Shown here: positions 63,270 through 64,000 of the stretch, one piece after another | How positions within the stretch are numbered: position 1 is the stretch's first letter | Layout: each line of letters opens with the position of its first letter | Assembly: GCA_963727445.1 (NCBI GenBank) | Contig: CAVSGI010000005.1 | Location: 164,377-228,376, forward strand | DNA length: 64,000 nt | From: an uncultured delta proteobacterium | GTDB lineage: Bacteria > Myxococcota_A > Polyangia > Polyangiales > B10-G4 | Direction: 5' to 3' | Notes under the pieces: model-generated | Told to the model about the DNA's origin: nothing | Seen by the model: only the letters and a program-made list of their open reading frames with translations | The model's database searches: none | Made by a program: the position numbers and the translations under genes

Positions 63270-64000
63270 ATGGCTGTCAAGCAAAATCCGGACGAGGAAC
63301 GTGCGCGCGCCGGGCGAAGGACGAGGCGTGCCGCTGCCGTCGCTCTGTGCAGGCCGAGCAGACGCGTGCCGAGATCCTCCAATCGGCTCGACGCCACTTC
63401 TCGGAGAACGGGTACGCGGCATCGAGTCTCAAGGCGATAGCGGCGGATGCCGGGGTGTCGGTTCAGACCGTCTACGACAGCGTGGGGTCGAAGTCCGACC
63501 TCGTGCGACGGCTCAACGACCTGATCGATGCCGAGGCGGACGTCCTGGAGATCGTCGGCGAACTCGCCACGGAAGAGGAGCCCGAGCGCGTGGCGGCCAT
63601 CGCGGCGCGGATCACTCGCCGAATCGTGGAGCGATGCGGTGACATCGTGCGCGCCAGCTACGACGCAGCGCGCGCCGAGCCTGAGCTGGGAGCGGTCGTC
63701 GAGGAGGGAGGTCGTCGCCATCGTGCCGGGGCACAGTTCGTCGCCGCGCGCTTGGCCGAGCTCGGCGCTCTACCCGAAACCATCGATGAGGCCGACGTGG
63801 CTCGCACGATCGCCATCTTGTCCGACGCTCGACTTGCCCTTGTGATGCTCGCCGACCATGGCCTCGACTTCGACGGCGTCGAGATGTGGATGTCGGAGAC
63901 GACCTGCCGGGCGGTGCTCGGCCATCGGCAAGCTGCTGAACGACCGAATGTTCAACCTCGGGACGGTGATTGCCTGGTAGCGGCTGGTCGGCGCTTCTCG
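63270..64000 (+). CDS. TetR-family regulator (5' frameshift; frame open to window end)
   Basis: QTRAEILQSARRHFSENGYAASSLKAIAADAGVSVQTVYDSVGSKSDL. Confidence 0.85.

Noticed and set aside
55650..64000. Genuine horizontal transfer of an actinobacterial island
   Set aside because: No mobility signature at the junction, genes broken mid-frame and a sharp rise in error density; chimera is more parsimonious

Overview
High-GC DNA. About 1-55650 is myxobacterial (Polyangia/Sandaracinaceae-like, judged from a MYXO-CTERM M36 protease, a TIGR04551 barrel and DAG/DG-rich lipoproteins). It joins abruptly at ~55650-55800 to a heavily frameshifted, actinobacterial-looking segment, probably an assembly chimera. 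Single-base indels break many otherwise intact genes, as expected from a noisy long-read consensus. Order of content: surE-apt. An accessory patch (~3-14 kb) with S41 peptidase, RCC1, TPR and FG-GAP lipoproteins, a RelE/ParE toxin-antitoxin pair, integrase, IS1202/ISNCY and IS91 remnants, and three same-orientation copies of an unexplained 48-bp hairpin motif, two of which directly abut truncated genes. A ~12-kb divergent polyhydroxyalkanoate (PHA) locus: two class III-type PhaC, mini-PhaE, phasin, PhaR with three visible PhaR boxes, SDR, acyl-CoA ligase and Na+/solute symporter. Its left operon also encodes a TIGR04551 outer-membrane barrel, a lipoprotein serine hydrolase and two paralogous lipoproteins; this is the best candidate for an undescribed system (envelope-coupled polyester or hydroxy-acid uptake/processing). 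Then an M36 protease, tRNA-Arg(CCT) flanked by repeats, a sulfotransferase, a CarH-like B12 regulator, MscS plus a giant SLC12/CCC-ATPase fusion, the homogentisate pathway, YcaQ, DsbD and an HzsA-like heme/HEAT cluster. Finally ApbE/ferric-reductase-like, two-component and TetR genes in the foreign segment. All family calls come from motif recognition by eye; no database searches were run.
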